A stretch of DNA of 63,030 nucleotides, counting the filler, from Sluysia triapertura (taxonomy: Eukaryota), in NCBI GenBank assembly GCA_046118255.1. It is 5 parts of 5 records of this genome, joined end to end, with 100 filler letters (N's around TTAATTAATTAA, not from the genome) between each part and the next. Parts side by side here need not be neighbours in the genome. Positions count along the whole stretch, not along the records: positions 22,633 to 37,793 come from JBJNIA010236665.1; positions 37,894 to 52,047 come from JBJNIA010004889.1; 3 more parts are not named here. One strand, 5' to 3'. Positions 25,869 through 38,218 of this stretch are shown here, one piece after another. Under the pieces are notes generated by a model. That model worked only from the letters and a program-made list of their open reading frames with translations. It was not told the DNA's origin and did not search any database. Every line of letters begins with the position of its first letter. Within the stretch, counting starts at the first letter, position 1. The position numbers and the translations under genes are program-made.

Positions 25869-27330
25869 TGACTAAAAAGATTGTAAGAGTTTAGATGAAT
25901 CATTTATGTCAACATTTGATGAAGGATTGGTTAGTTCAAAAAGGACAAATTACTGAACCTGAAACTAAAAGTAATTACAATTATATTGATCGAATTTTTC
26001 AAATTTTGAAATGGGAATATCACAACTACTACAATATATATAAGATGAAAGTAATTGTACAAAAGTATTTTAATTAAATTTATCTTTAATAAAAATCAAA
26101 AAATGCTTATTTGAAAGCTTCTTTCAATAATAGTCATAGTATGATAAATTTAAAGTTAATATTAAAATTGCACAAATATTCAATTAAACACGAAAAACTT
26201 CATAATTTATCATTATATATTAAAAGTAACAAATTCCCAAAAATTTATCTTATTTCTTAATTAAACAAGCATTATCAAAAATAAAGTAGTATTAAAACTA
26301 TATCATGATACTGTTACTCATGAATAAATGTTTAATTAAAATTCACCAGTAATTTATAAGTTTAGATTACAAAGTCGATAAATTTTTTGTTAATCCAGAA
26401 TGGTATTATATTCACTATTTAACCGAATGAGTACGATGGAGGCATGCTAATTTTAAAAATACGTCAAGTATTTGTTTACGGCAGTAAATTTTAATGTTAA
26501 AATTACAAAATTTTTATGTATCATATCTTAAATTGAAAGGAAAATATAATCTATAATTAACTTAACACTTTATTAATACTACCTGAATGAATTAAACCTT
26601 AGACAAATAATAACTCAGACTTTACATGAATAGGAAAAAACAATATTTTTACTTATATTAAAAGCAATAAAACTATTAGATTATTACATATTTAAAATAT
26701 AATGATCTTAAATATCAAGTTACTGTCACTTGATGTATTTTGAAATTATATCAACATCACCATCTCAATAAAAAATTGATAAAACCAAAGCGATGATAGT
26801 ACTTAAAAACGTATTTTGCATAACAAAATACCTCAAAAGTAAAACTTACTAACAACTTGAGTAACATTAAAATCATAATAAATAAATCAAAAAAGTAATG
26901 ATTTGTAAAATAATAATAAAATTAACTTTGAATGTGTTCAATCAGAAAAATATTAGCTTTTATTTTCTAAATGTCACAATCAACAAACAAAATCAATAAA
27001 AAATACTTACACAAATTTTCAAATTGTTAATACCAATTTAATTTATTTAACAACCAAATAAATTTTCTGATTTGAATTTGTTAATTTTGTCAGAATTTAC
27101 TCATCATCAAATCAAAACACAACAACCAACGAAAAGGTTTATTTAACAAAAGTATAAAAATATTTTAATCTATAGTACAAACAATACAGTCGTATTATCT
27201 TCTTAATAATTCCAAGTCCGCTTCCGATTTCCGCGACTAAACTGAATAAAAGAAATTATAAAGAGCTAATATTGAGAAAAACATTACTAATTTTAATTAT
27301 ATAAAAGCCAGACGTAATCAATAAAACGTA

Positions 27331-27420
27331 TACAGTAGAATCGCCATAATCGGACAAACAGGCACGTACCCGGAGTCTCATTTTCATTAGGCCCGGATCT
27401 TGCATTGGCACAACGAAACT
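27331..27420 (+). mobile_element. Possible pogo/Tigger-like transposon end
   Basis: TA-CAGTAGAATCGCCATAATCGGAC resembles Tigger-type termini. No matching second TIR seen. Confidence 0.3.
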
Positions 27421-27727
27421 AAGACAAGAAAATTCAAATTTAATTAAATTTTACTATGTTAATATTGTTAGATGGTTTTTTCTAAGATACTTCCATTTTA
27501 TTCACAAGACTTCAATTTATATATAAAATCAAAGACTGACAAAATGTAAGCAATTTGCGCTTTAATTCTTTATTTTCACTTTTTATTCTGACACCTAAAT
27601 CCTTTCTCTTAATTGTTAAGTAATATTAATCTATAAAGAAGTTAATCGAAAGACAAAAATAAACTCGAACGAAAATTACAAAAATAATATGAATTGTGTG
27701 AAGAAAATCTCAAAAATCACCAACTAC

Positions 27728-28130
27728 AAGTCTGGAATCATAGACTCAATTGATTAACATAGAATTACTTTAAAATATAGTCAAATCGGAAATCAATAAA
27801 AATTCATGAACATTCAACTAAACTAAGAACCAATACGCTTTTTTGATTCCGACATTACAGTACCCAGGGAATTAGCAGAATACATTGCCCATTTGAAACG
27901 AATATGTTGCTGAATGTATGGTCGAAGTACTGAATAATCCAATCAAAATTCATCACATATGAAACCGCTTGAGACCACACTTTTTATTCTGAGAAGATTG
28001 TAAGCCAGAATGTGGAACGCTTGTAAACAGATCATAAAGTGTCTACATGTTACAAATAACGAAAATTATATTGAAAAAGTTCTATAAATATTGTACTAAT
28101 AAATGTGTGATATACTATGATTCCAGACTT
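27728..28130. mobile_element. Non-autonomous DNA transposon with perfect 16-bp inverted repeats
   Basis: AAGTCTGGAATCATAG (27728-27743) and CTATGATTCCAGACTT (28115-28130). TSD not resolved, superfamily unassigned. Confidence 0.65.
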
Positions 28131-28179
28131 TGAACGAAAACAAATAAATTAATACAAGATAATTAACTAAAGTAGATTA

Positions 28180-28362
28180 NNNNNNNNNNNNNNNNNNNNN
28201 NNNNNNNNNNNNNNNNNNNNNNNNNNNNNNNNNNNNNNNNNNNNNNNNNNNNNNNNNNNNNNNNNNNNNNNNNNNNNNNNNNNNNNNNNNNNNNNNNNNN
28301 NNNNNNNNNNNNNNNNNNNNNNNNNNNNNNNNNNNNNNNNNNNNNNNNNNNNNNNNNNNNNN
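28180..28362. other. Assembly gap (plain N run)
   Basis: 183 N. Confidence 0.99.
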
Positions 28363-28406
28363 ACTGCATTATTATGAATATTATTCTTACACCATCATTA
28401 TTACTG

Positions 28407-28408
<2 letters not shown>

Positions 28409-28452
<44 letters not shown>
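28409..28452. repeat. (ATC)n microsatellite
   Basis: Uninterrupted ATC run. Confidence 0.95.
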
Positions 28453-29120
28453 TGTTATTATTATTATTACGTCTATAAAATGATAATTTTACTCAAATGA
28501 TTCTGAAATTATTTACAAATAAAATATCTTTTAGTAATAATTAACATCTATTACAGTGTAATTATTATTTGATAAATATAAGGTAATTATTATTCATGGT
28601 TTCCCAAACGTCTCTGATTTTTTTATTATCTATGAAAATATAAAATAAAATTATTAAGTTTCTTTTGAATAATTAAATAATAATAACATTTAAAATAAAT
28701 TACTTAAATGAACTACATTCACTTTAGAATATAGTTCGAAATTAGAATACCAAACTACTATACAGTCCACTAATCATTCCAATGTATCCCATAAAACCTA
28801 TATCAAAAATTAAAGAAACGACTTCAATTTGATGAAGTCTGCCAAAATCAAATGAGCTGCAAATCAATATTAATTTATGATTTACAAAGTAAATTAAAAT
28901 TAAAATCGTACTTTTAATCTTTATATTTTCTTTATATAATCCCACAAATTTAATGCTATGATTTTCTTAATAAAATTATATAACCTTATACTTCTCACGA
29001 ATTTAATATTTTATAAAGCTGGGTTTTATTTAAATGAGATTATTAGGAATTACGAGATTTACCCAGGATAATTTCTTTCTTTCGGCCATAATTACACCTT
29101 AAATATCAATTATAAATTTA

Positions 29121-29166
<46 letters not shown>

Positions 29167-29191
29167 ATTATTATTATTGTTGTTGTTACAA

Positions 29192-29507
29192 TTAACCGTT
29201 TGAGAATTTTCTTATGTATATGCTAAAAGTCCGGGATGAAATGGGTAGTACTTTTGGGGGGAAACAATAAAAATGGTTATAACTAACACGAATTGTTATG
29301 TAACAAGTAATTTTGATCAAAAAAATATTTTTTATTTTCATTGATTTCAAAAGTGTTTTACTGCACAAATTCCATGAACTCCTTTTTTACCAACAGCAGC
29401 ATCTTCGCATGTCGATACAAAACAAGAAAAGCGCTATCGCGCTGCGCCGTATTTTTGGCATACGACAAGTGAAGCGCGATAGCGCTTCGCCGGACTCAAA
29501 CGGTTAA
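29192..29507. mobile_element. piggyBac-type MITE, TIR family CCGTTTGAG, with subterminal palindrome
   Basis: TTAA-CCGTTTGAG ... CTCAAACGG-TTAA. Internal perfect 15-bp inverted repeat AAGCGCTATCGCGCT (29429-43) / AGCGCGATAGCGCTT (29473-87). Confidence 0.8.
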
Positions 29508-31610
29508 TTTAGTTGTTTTTAGTAACTTGCAATAAAACTTTTTATGTTTTTAAAAACCTTAAACTGAATTATTTGTAATATAATTTTTATTTTTATTCTC
29601 TTAGAATTACTCAGACTTAATGCAATTACTTTTTGTTATAATTTAAGCACTCTTATCTGAAAATCGGAGTACTTAAAATTTTCTTTTTAAGTCACAAAAT
29701 CACGAAAATCTAATTAATGATAATTTTTTGTTGTAATAAAATTTAAATGTTAAAGGTGTATTACTTTATTCATAAGATTTATTAATTATATATGACAAAA
29801 ATTTGACACTACTGAAGCAAAGATTTCACACTAGAACAAAAATTACACTATTGAAATAATTGAAGATCAGACTTAATGCTTTTATTTACTTAATCTAATA
29901 TTTAGAAATATCTAAAATATTCTTATTTTAGTTTAGTTTTTAGATTTTATTCTGCTTCAGGATATTGCACTTACTCATAATGTTCTTTAAAAATCTTTTG
30001 AAATGTCTCCAAAATTCTTTTTCGAAGTTCCTTTACAATAATCTTCAAGTCTAACATTTTCAAAAAATCTTTAATATCTTCAGATTTTCTTTATCTTCAA
30101 AATTCTTAAATTTTCGCTGAACTTATTGTGAAATAGAAAGTATTTCCTTATAAAGTATTTTTGTGGGTGTTATATCCTGGCCCAAAATTTATTTATTTTC
30201 TTTTATGATAATTACTTCGTAATCAATTTATTAATCACATTATTTAACCAACTTCGCTTTATAAGACACTTTTTAATATCATTACATATATTTTGCTCTT
30301 ATTTGGCCAATTTTTCAATGTAATGTTTAATCGCATTCTATTTATTAATATCTGTCTTAATTATATAGTAATTTTCTGTAGTACAATTCTATATGGTTAT
30401 AATACTATAGTGAATTTAGATACGTAAGTGTGCATCTGGATAAATAAACATGACTACCTATTAATGACATGCATAACTACATTATTGTAATTATAATACT
30501 CTTATACTCTTATATTATTATATTCATAATTTATTACTGTCAAATAAGTTCATCTCTAAAAGTAGAATTTCTGCTATTTATTTACGGAGAAGTAGTTCTT
30601 CATTATACATTATACATTGTTATTATTATTATACATTGTGTTATTTCTGTTGTGGGTTAATTAATTTATTTACCTTCTACTATTTTGAAAAATGCTTTTG
30701 CAAACTATAAAGACCAATTTAATTTATATTAATAAAAATTATAAGGATGTTTATAGTTTTTTATAACTCAGAATAACAATTATATTATATTATCAAACTG
30801 ATAATAATAATATTATTATTATTATATTTGTATTTCAATATTATTTTATTTTATATTTATATTTATTTATAGTTATATTATTATTTATTATTATTATTAT
30901 TTTTGTCTCCTAACCTTCAATATCTTAATTTACAATTTATTCTTTTTTAATACATGTATTTTGAAGTTAATTTTATACTTTATCCTTTATGCTCTAATTT
31001 AGCTTCTAAAAGATTAATATTTCACAAATTAATTACTAGTTTAAGTTTTAAAGTCGTCTACTTCTAATTATTATAACGATTACAATCATAATCGTTATTT
31101 TATAATAAGTAATAAATTATATCTATAATAAATATAGTAATTACAATAATTATGTTAAACCTAGAATAATCTCAGTTTACAAAGAGTTCATTAATAATTA
31201 GCTTAATTTTTATCACAAGATCAAGGCAATCAATTGTAGATCCTATAAAAAGTAATGGTTCACAGGCTATAAAATAATCAAAATTTTATAAGTTTGTCCT
31301 GGATTGATAAACATTAACGGCAGTTGATGGTTTACTTTTAATTAGCTAATTATTTTTACAAAATAATTTGAATGTTTTGAGTGTTATTATTTGCATATTA
31401 ATGTGCATATTATTCAGAACTAAGTACGGTAATACCTTTTTTAAAAATTGTTTCGTATTTGCATTACCAAGAAATGTGCAACAATATGAAATAATGTAAT
31501 TGTATCATTTCTTATAGACATTTCACAAATAGCTTACTCAATTACATATATTTCCCACTTTTATAGCTTTTCAAATTCCGTTTTTGTTCTTAGTTTCAAG
31601 TATTATATTA

Positions 31611-31836
31611 TTAACCCATTAAGGTCCAGATATTTTTCAAAATTTAAAAATCATGACATGCATTTAGTTATCTTGGTATATCACCTTACGTACAAGCTCA
31701 AATCTTATATGTGTACGTAACACATACCAATGCAATGATTATGCTAGGAAATTTCATTATTAAAAATAAATTGCAATAAATAAAAAATATAAACCGTAAA
31801 GTCGTCATTTGACAACAATGGTTGTTAATGGGTTAA
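31611..31836. mobile_element. piggyBac-type MITE, TIR family CCCATTAA
   Basis: TTAA-CCCATTAA ... TTAATGGG-TTAA. Confidence 0.7.
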
Positions 31837-33899
31837 TAAAGAATTTTCTTGATAAAAATTATCTGCCGCATTATATATTGATTTAGAATATATTCCAATA
31901 AACTTTATTCGTCCATTCAATTACCATGGATGAAATTAAATTTACTCAAATCTAATCAAGTATGTATTCTTTAAAATTCTTAAACAAATGACTATTGATA
32001 AAGATTAAAGTAGTCGTAAGTATTGATTCTCGTTAAAAAACGTGGTCGACAGCAAACGAAAATTGTCGTTTTCTGAAGTGTTTGCTTCTGTGATAAATTC
32101 TTGGATAACCAGATTATATATTTACAGTGGTTCATTCTTAAATGAGTTAGTGCACATATTTCAGTTATGTATGAGTTTATTTCAATCTATTAGTTACGTA
32201 ACAGTAGACAAGATGAAAGTATAATTTGCATTTTGTTTCTTACCATCATGGAAAATTTGCGTGCATATATTAAGGAAAGTCATTGCAAAATTCTACCAAA
32301 TGAAAACAGTTATTTCAAAATTTCTTAATGTGAATACAATACCTAAGCCATTTTTACTGTAATTCTGAAGTTCAAATAAGATTTAAACTTGATTCAGTCT
32401 TATGAATAATTAAAGTTGTTGTCGATAAACACAGTAATAAAAAAAATTTTATGAGAAACAGTCAAGCCTTTATTGTCCATTTATTAAGGACATTAATTAA
32501 CCTTTTTGAATTTTGCATATAATCAAAAACTGAGAACCTCTTTCCATATATGATATTAGCATTTTTGTTTAAAGTAAAAAAATCATACGCATGCTTCACT
32601 TTAGCAAAAACAAATTGTCTATTAAACCATAAGTGTAGAAAATGAAAATTTCCAAAGGCTAAATTACATTTAAATCATAATGTATGTAGAAGACAAAGGA
32701 AACAAAAACTGTATTTAAATATGATAAAAATAAAATTAATATCATTGGAATATCTAGTTTATATGAAAATATAAATAAAAAATATATTGAAAACAAATTA
32801 TTGGTAAATCTTTCAATAAATATAAATAAAAATAATTAACGACAACAATAGCATAATAATCATTTTAACAAATGATATTAAATACTATTTGATTCATAAG
32901 CGTGTTTAGAATTTGTATTTCATTTTGAAAATTAAAAGGGATGAGTTCAATTGTATTATAAATTACAAATAAGTGTAAAATGAGAAATTAGAAAATCAAT
33001 CAAATATTTCAACTGATACATTATTAACACATGCACCGTTAACAAGTAGTACAATGGAATCATTCTTATATAATTATGTGGTAAATTTAGATGATTCTTT
33101 AGTGACAATGTAATAAAATTTAGATGATTTTAGCACAATGTAATAAAATGGTAATCCTAAAATTGTAAGCTCGTACCATTAAAAAAATATTAATTTTTTC
33201 AGAGAACTAATTAATTACTGCAACTAAAGAAGACAGCTTGAATTCTTTTATTTTATGTGAAGTAAGTGGCTAAACATTATTGAAGATATCATAGAAAAAA
33301 TTTTCAGTCTTTTTGAGTATAAGAATTAGAACACAAATATTTGAAGTCACAAAGTTACTGAAAGATCAAAATACTCCAATGTAGTTCATTACTGATATTT
33401 ACAGAAATAATCTTCTAAATTATTATTGAGATAACAAAAACGACAATAAAGAAACTGCGATGATTCATTAAAAGGTTTTTAGTGTCTGAAAAAGAAGAAT
33501 TGAAAGTGTATGTTTTTTATGAATAATGAAGTTTACTTTGCGAGAAATTGTTTCCTTACACAGAAAATGCGCATGTGTTACATAATTGAAAGGAGTTTGA
33601 TATCACGTGGAAAATTGATTCTAATGAATGTATAAAGTGTGAATGATAAATGTAAACAATATTCTAATAAAGATCGTTTGAAAATGACGCTTAGTTTCAT
33701 TACCGAACAATTATGTATGAAAATTTTAAAGATTTATGTGATTTAAATTATGATCTGCATCAGTACCCTTGAAATTGTCCAGTCCATATTATCTTAGCAA
33801 ATTAAATCACACCTGAATAACGGGAAACCTAGAAGAATTTAAAAGATTGAAAATTCAATAACAGCCTCGAAAAATAAGAGTTACTAAAATGTTTGAGTC

Positions 33900-35052
33900 A
33901 TCTAATTGCGACTGAACGACCTCCTTATATTCTACGTTAAGCTCTATCGAATTCATAAATGTGACGTATTCCTTGATATATGAGTAAGACTTCCGCTAAC
34001 AAATGAATTTTCGCAACAATTTACTTCACAACTCTTTGCCATATAATTAATAGATTCTCTCACTTCTAAATCACTATTATTAAATGTTGTTAATATCGCT
34101 TTAAAAATCTGAAACTGCACCGGTTGATTAACTTGAACATTGTAAACATAAAATACTATTTTTATTATCAATCTTTCTATAGGATCTTTGTCTAACATTT
34201 TTAAAAATATGGCCTTAAGCAATCTATTACGGCTAATTCAAATAGTTCAAAATATTTTGAATTCGACATCAAATTATCATCATAGCTCCTAATTGATGAT
34301 AAAACTGAAATGTTATTTACATTCTCAACTATAGAATTTCTTAAATCATTCTGCAACTTTTTACAATATATTTTTAGTCCTTAAATTAGATTTTTTATTT
34401 TTTCCTCATATTGGAACAATTTTTGAGATTCGATGTAATGAATTTTTCTGTATTGAATTTCGTAATAAAACATTACAAAGACCGTCAAATAATAAATATC
34501 AAATACTTATAAAAAATTATAACACAACTTAAAAATTTTAACGTTACCAAATTATGAATTACATTTTGTACAGTTTGATTGTATTTTTCCAATGAAATTT
34601 GAATTTTATACTTTCAAATTTTAATGTTTCAACATATTTTATGAATAAAATTTTCCTCGTTTACATAAACAAAACTTTAATAATAAAAATAGAAATATTT
34701 GAATATTATCAAAAATAGAAATTTTGATAATATAACAATTTAAACTTATATTCTAAAAATAAATACAAAATTATGTCACATTAGGGATATTTACTTAATT
34801 ATTAACTGCTTGTAAAATAAAGTGCGAAATATTTGCTGCAACTATTGTTTTTTCTTGTTCTGCTTTCAATGGCTATATTTTTGAACATGTTTTGTCTTCA
34901 TTCGAATTTTCTGCAATATTTGTTGTAATTGTTTCTTCGACTTCATCAATTTCTGCTGATTCCAATAGTTTTTCAACTTCTTTCTCCATATTGTATCGGT
35001 CCATCAATTTATCTATTGTATCGCCAATTTTACTTTCATTATAAAACGTCAT
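33900..35052 (-). pseudogene. Disrupted gene of unknown function with an acidic N-terminal part
   Basis: ATG 35052 MTFYNESKIGDTIDKLMDRYNMEKEVEKLLESAEIDEVEE..KI*PLKAEQEKT (TAG 34873-75). Downstream KNLI*GLKIY (TAA 34381-83), then frame changes into ORF 33953-34222. Confidence 0.4.
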
Positions 35053-35428
35053 TTACGAATGATATTTATAAAATAGAATATAATTATAGGTGATTTTATA
35101 TTGAATAAATTTGAATATTTCATACGTACAATATAACATGTTATTGAATGTATCTAAGTGCATAGTTGATATATGAGAAATTGAACAAAATATGTTTAAA
35201 TTATGAATTAATTATGGATAATTAATTTATGTTATTTGTACTGTTTACGGGTAGATATACATAATAAAATTATAAGTTTAGTTTTGAACCACCACAGTTT
35301 AATATTTTAAATATCTTACTACTAACTTATTTATAAATGTATTTATTTATAAATTAATAATATTCTTTAATTTATTTAAAGAATATTCTTTATTTAATAT
35401 TCTTTAATTAATTTATTCTTTAAGAATA

Positions 35429-36767
35429 TTAACATATTCCCTCATATTTTGCGAACTGTAACGTGTTTTAAAAATGAAATTAAACTAACGCTTTCTTGTT
35501 CTAAATCCCAAGCTGATTTGTACGTGTGATTCAGAGGAAACATCTTTTCTTTTATAACTTTAGGTAAATAACGATCATACGGATTAGTGTTTTTCTAAAA
35601 ACATATAGAAACAGAAAAAAATTACTCGTTCAAGATTACGCTTACGCTCCTTTTCCGCCATATTTATTTCAGCTAAAGTGATTATTAATTTAATTGATGT
35701 AAATTACCTCTTATAGTCATAATTTTATTTTCCCTTAATTTTTTCAATGGTAATCCATCCAAAAACTCTTTTTGCACCGTCAGCGGATCCAGTTTGACCC
35801 ACGTTATAGTACATCCTAAAGGTATGTGGCTTAAATTGTATTTTTTAATATTTTTCTCTGTCGCTACTTCGGTGCACAAAGACATAATTTTTCCTTTGAT
35901 TATGACGGGTGGACTTCTGTCCAAGTCAACATACTCATCCAACACATTTTCAACTTCCGACATTTGCAAAAATACGTATTTAAAATAATTACTCTGATAA
36001 AATACATGAAACATATGACGGTGTTCTTTAAATCTTAATAAATTCAATTTCACGCCTTGTTTAATTTTTATGTTTTCATACTCCTTATTTACTAATTTGT
36101 TAAAGCCAAAAAATGTGCCTAAATCATTGTGAAGGTGATTTAATAAATCAGAATAAACATCTTCACCAAAATTTTCAACAATCGCACTTTTACGATTTGT
36201 AATGTACCGCATGTCGGCATCAATAAAATTTTCAGTCTTTTTATCATAATCAAAACAAACATATGAAAAATTAAATCCTTCATGTGAAGGACTTAATACA
36301 TTGGATATCTGATCTATTAATTTGTATCCTACACGCGGTATAGAACTATTCACACCTTTTGCAATAATTGTTAAATTTATGTTATCACCAACATTGATTG
36401 AATGAGTATTTAATAATTTAACTCGCTTCATATTTGCCATACTCATATCGTAAGTCTTGCAAAGTGGACATGTAACATATTCGGAACTTTGAAATTTAAA
36501 TAAATCTATGAGGCATTTTAAACAAAAAATGTGACCGCATTTATCGGTTCGTGGTAACTGAACTTTACAAAGACAAATAGCACAAGTCGTATTTTTATCA
36601 CCAAAAAATATAATTCGACTGACATAATGCCACGGCACATACTGCAAGTTATCTAAATACTTATAACGTTCGTAAACACATATTTGAGCTCTAATTTATT
36701 AATATAGCAGCAAATTACAAAAATACCTATTATTGAAAAATGATAGATCTGAATAATTTTTATCCAT
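35429..36767 (-). CDS. RNF10: RNF10/Mag2-like C3HC4 RING E3 ubiquitin ligase (~400 aa, 5 exons)
   Basis: RING CAIC..PRTDKCGHIFCLKCL..CPLC is preceded by FNNRAQICV..VPWHYV and followed by FYQS..YVFL and KKYNLSHIPLGCTITWVKL, which are RNF10-type motifs. GT..AG introns 36691-36726, 35673-35707, 35595-35625 and 35456-35489 give an open 1203-nt CDS. A further upstream exon is possible. Confidence 0.85.
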
Positions 36768-37367
36768 ATTAACAAATTTCTATAAATTTCAATATAAAAT
36801 TAATAACAGAATAAGCAGCGGAATATTAGTAATAGATTGTAATAATCAGTTTTAAAAACTAAATTAATTTAAAATGCTTAAAAAGTTTAAGATGTGAACT
36901 ACATAAGCCTACATTTTGTATGAAACAAGATTTAACTTATTTAAACATTTTTATAAATACATTGTTTACTTTTATTTTTAAAATAATAATAATAAATACT
37001 TTTTACTTTTTACTTTATTCGAAACATTACATTCTGAAAAAAACAATAAAAAATTATACAAACAATGGTAAAAATTTATATCTAAAAGCTGACTTAAATA
37101 ATTAAGTAATTTTTAATTTTTAATAAACATTGATTAAAATATTTCATTAATTACGTAAGAAATAAATGTTCATAAATATTTTTATACAATTCAAAATTTT
37201 GTGCTTGATTTAAATGTTAGAAAACTCACTTATGACTAAATGAAAAATGTGCTTTGCTTTCCTTCGTTCGATAATACATCATAAAATTACTAGTATGACT
37301 CGATAATATTTAGTTTAACTTCAATATCAGAATTACAGGTTTATGCTTACATCACTTATTTCTAGAT

Positions 37368-37685
37368 TCGTTAAGATTGCTCAACTGTGGAACAGTATAT
37401 GAGTAGGAAACATGTGGAATTAATTGAATAATTGATATAAAGTGAAGGACAGAACATTATAAACATTATAGAGCATTATAAATATGATGAAGATTAAAAT
37501 ATTGATAGTAATGTTGAAAGCTGAGAAACACCTTTGACTTCTAAAGGATATTGAGACCATCCATGAAGCCTGAGATAGGTGCAGGCGCCTTTTGAGGTGT
37601 TGGGATATTCTTGAACATGCGACTATTTGAGACCTAAATAACTTTTAACAACAATTGAAACATTGAAAAATTTGAGTAATATTGT
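37368..37685 (+). repeat. Dispersed repeat family 1, copy E
   Basis: GATAGTAATGTTGAAAGCTGAGAAACACCTTTGACTTCTAAAGG...TTGAGACC blocks shared with other copies. Confidence 0.6.
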
Positions 37686-37689
37686 AAAG

Positions 37690-37793
37690 CAGTGGTGTCA
37701 AAGTGGCGGCCCGCGAAGGCAAATCATGCGGCCCGTGTATTTACAAACAATACCAGGATAGGTACACGAATATTCATCCGTTATTTTGACGAT
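37690..37793 (+). mobile_element. hAT (Charlie/Buster-like) transposon end, truncated by a gap
   Basis: CAGTGGTGTCAAAGTG followed by two GCGGCCCG subterminal motifs, typical of hAT ends. Confidence 0.65.
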
Positions 37794-37894
37794 NNNNNNN
37801 NNNNNNNNNNNNNNNNNNNNNNNNNNNNNNNNNNNNNTTAATTAATTAANNNNNNNNNNNNNNNNNNNNNNNNNNNNNNNNNNNNNNNNNNNNA

Positions 37895-38218
37895 TATTAC
37901 TCGAAGATCCTAGATGCTTATCAAGGTTTCAAGAATACTTAAAGGTTAATAAGGTCTTAAATGATCTAAAAGTTCCAAAGTTCAAAGGTACCTTAGGGCT
38001 TCTAAAGTTTTTTCAAGTCCATCTCAAGCTTTCATAAGGTCTCAAACCCTTGTACAGGTCTTTAACTGTTAAGATTATTATAAATGTTTTCTCTTTCATG
38101 ATTCTTATTTCAACAATGTTTATAATCCTTCATCTATTACTTTTCAGCAGTTCTTCCTTCATTTGTAATTCTATATGTCCTTTACTCGTCTCTTAATCCA
38201 AGTTGGACAATCCCAACA
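37895..38218 (-). repeat. Dispersed repeat family 1, copy F
   Basis: Ends GGACAATCCCAACA (rc TGTTGGGATTGTCC). The AAGTTCAAAGGTACCTT block is shared with copy B. Confidence 0.75.

Noticed and set aside
18788-28369. ORFs containing X runs (18788-18979, 28163-28369)
   Set aside because: They span assembly gaps.
33490-33620. BED zinc finger of a hAT transposase
   Set aside because: Only partial Cys/His spacing, with stops. Not supportable.
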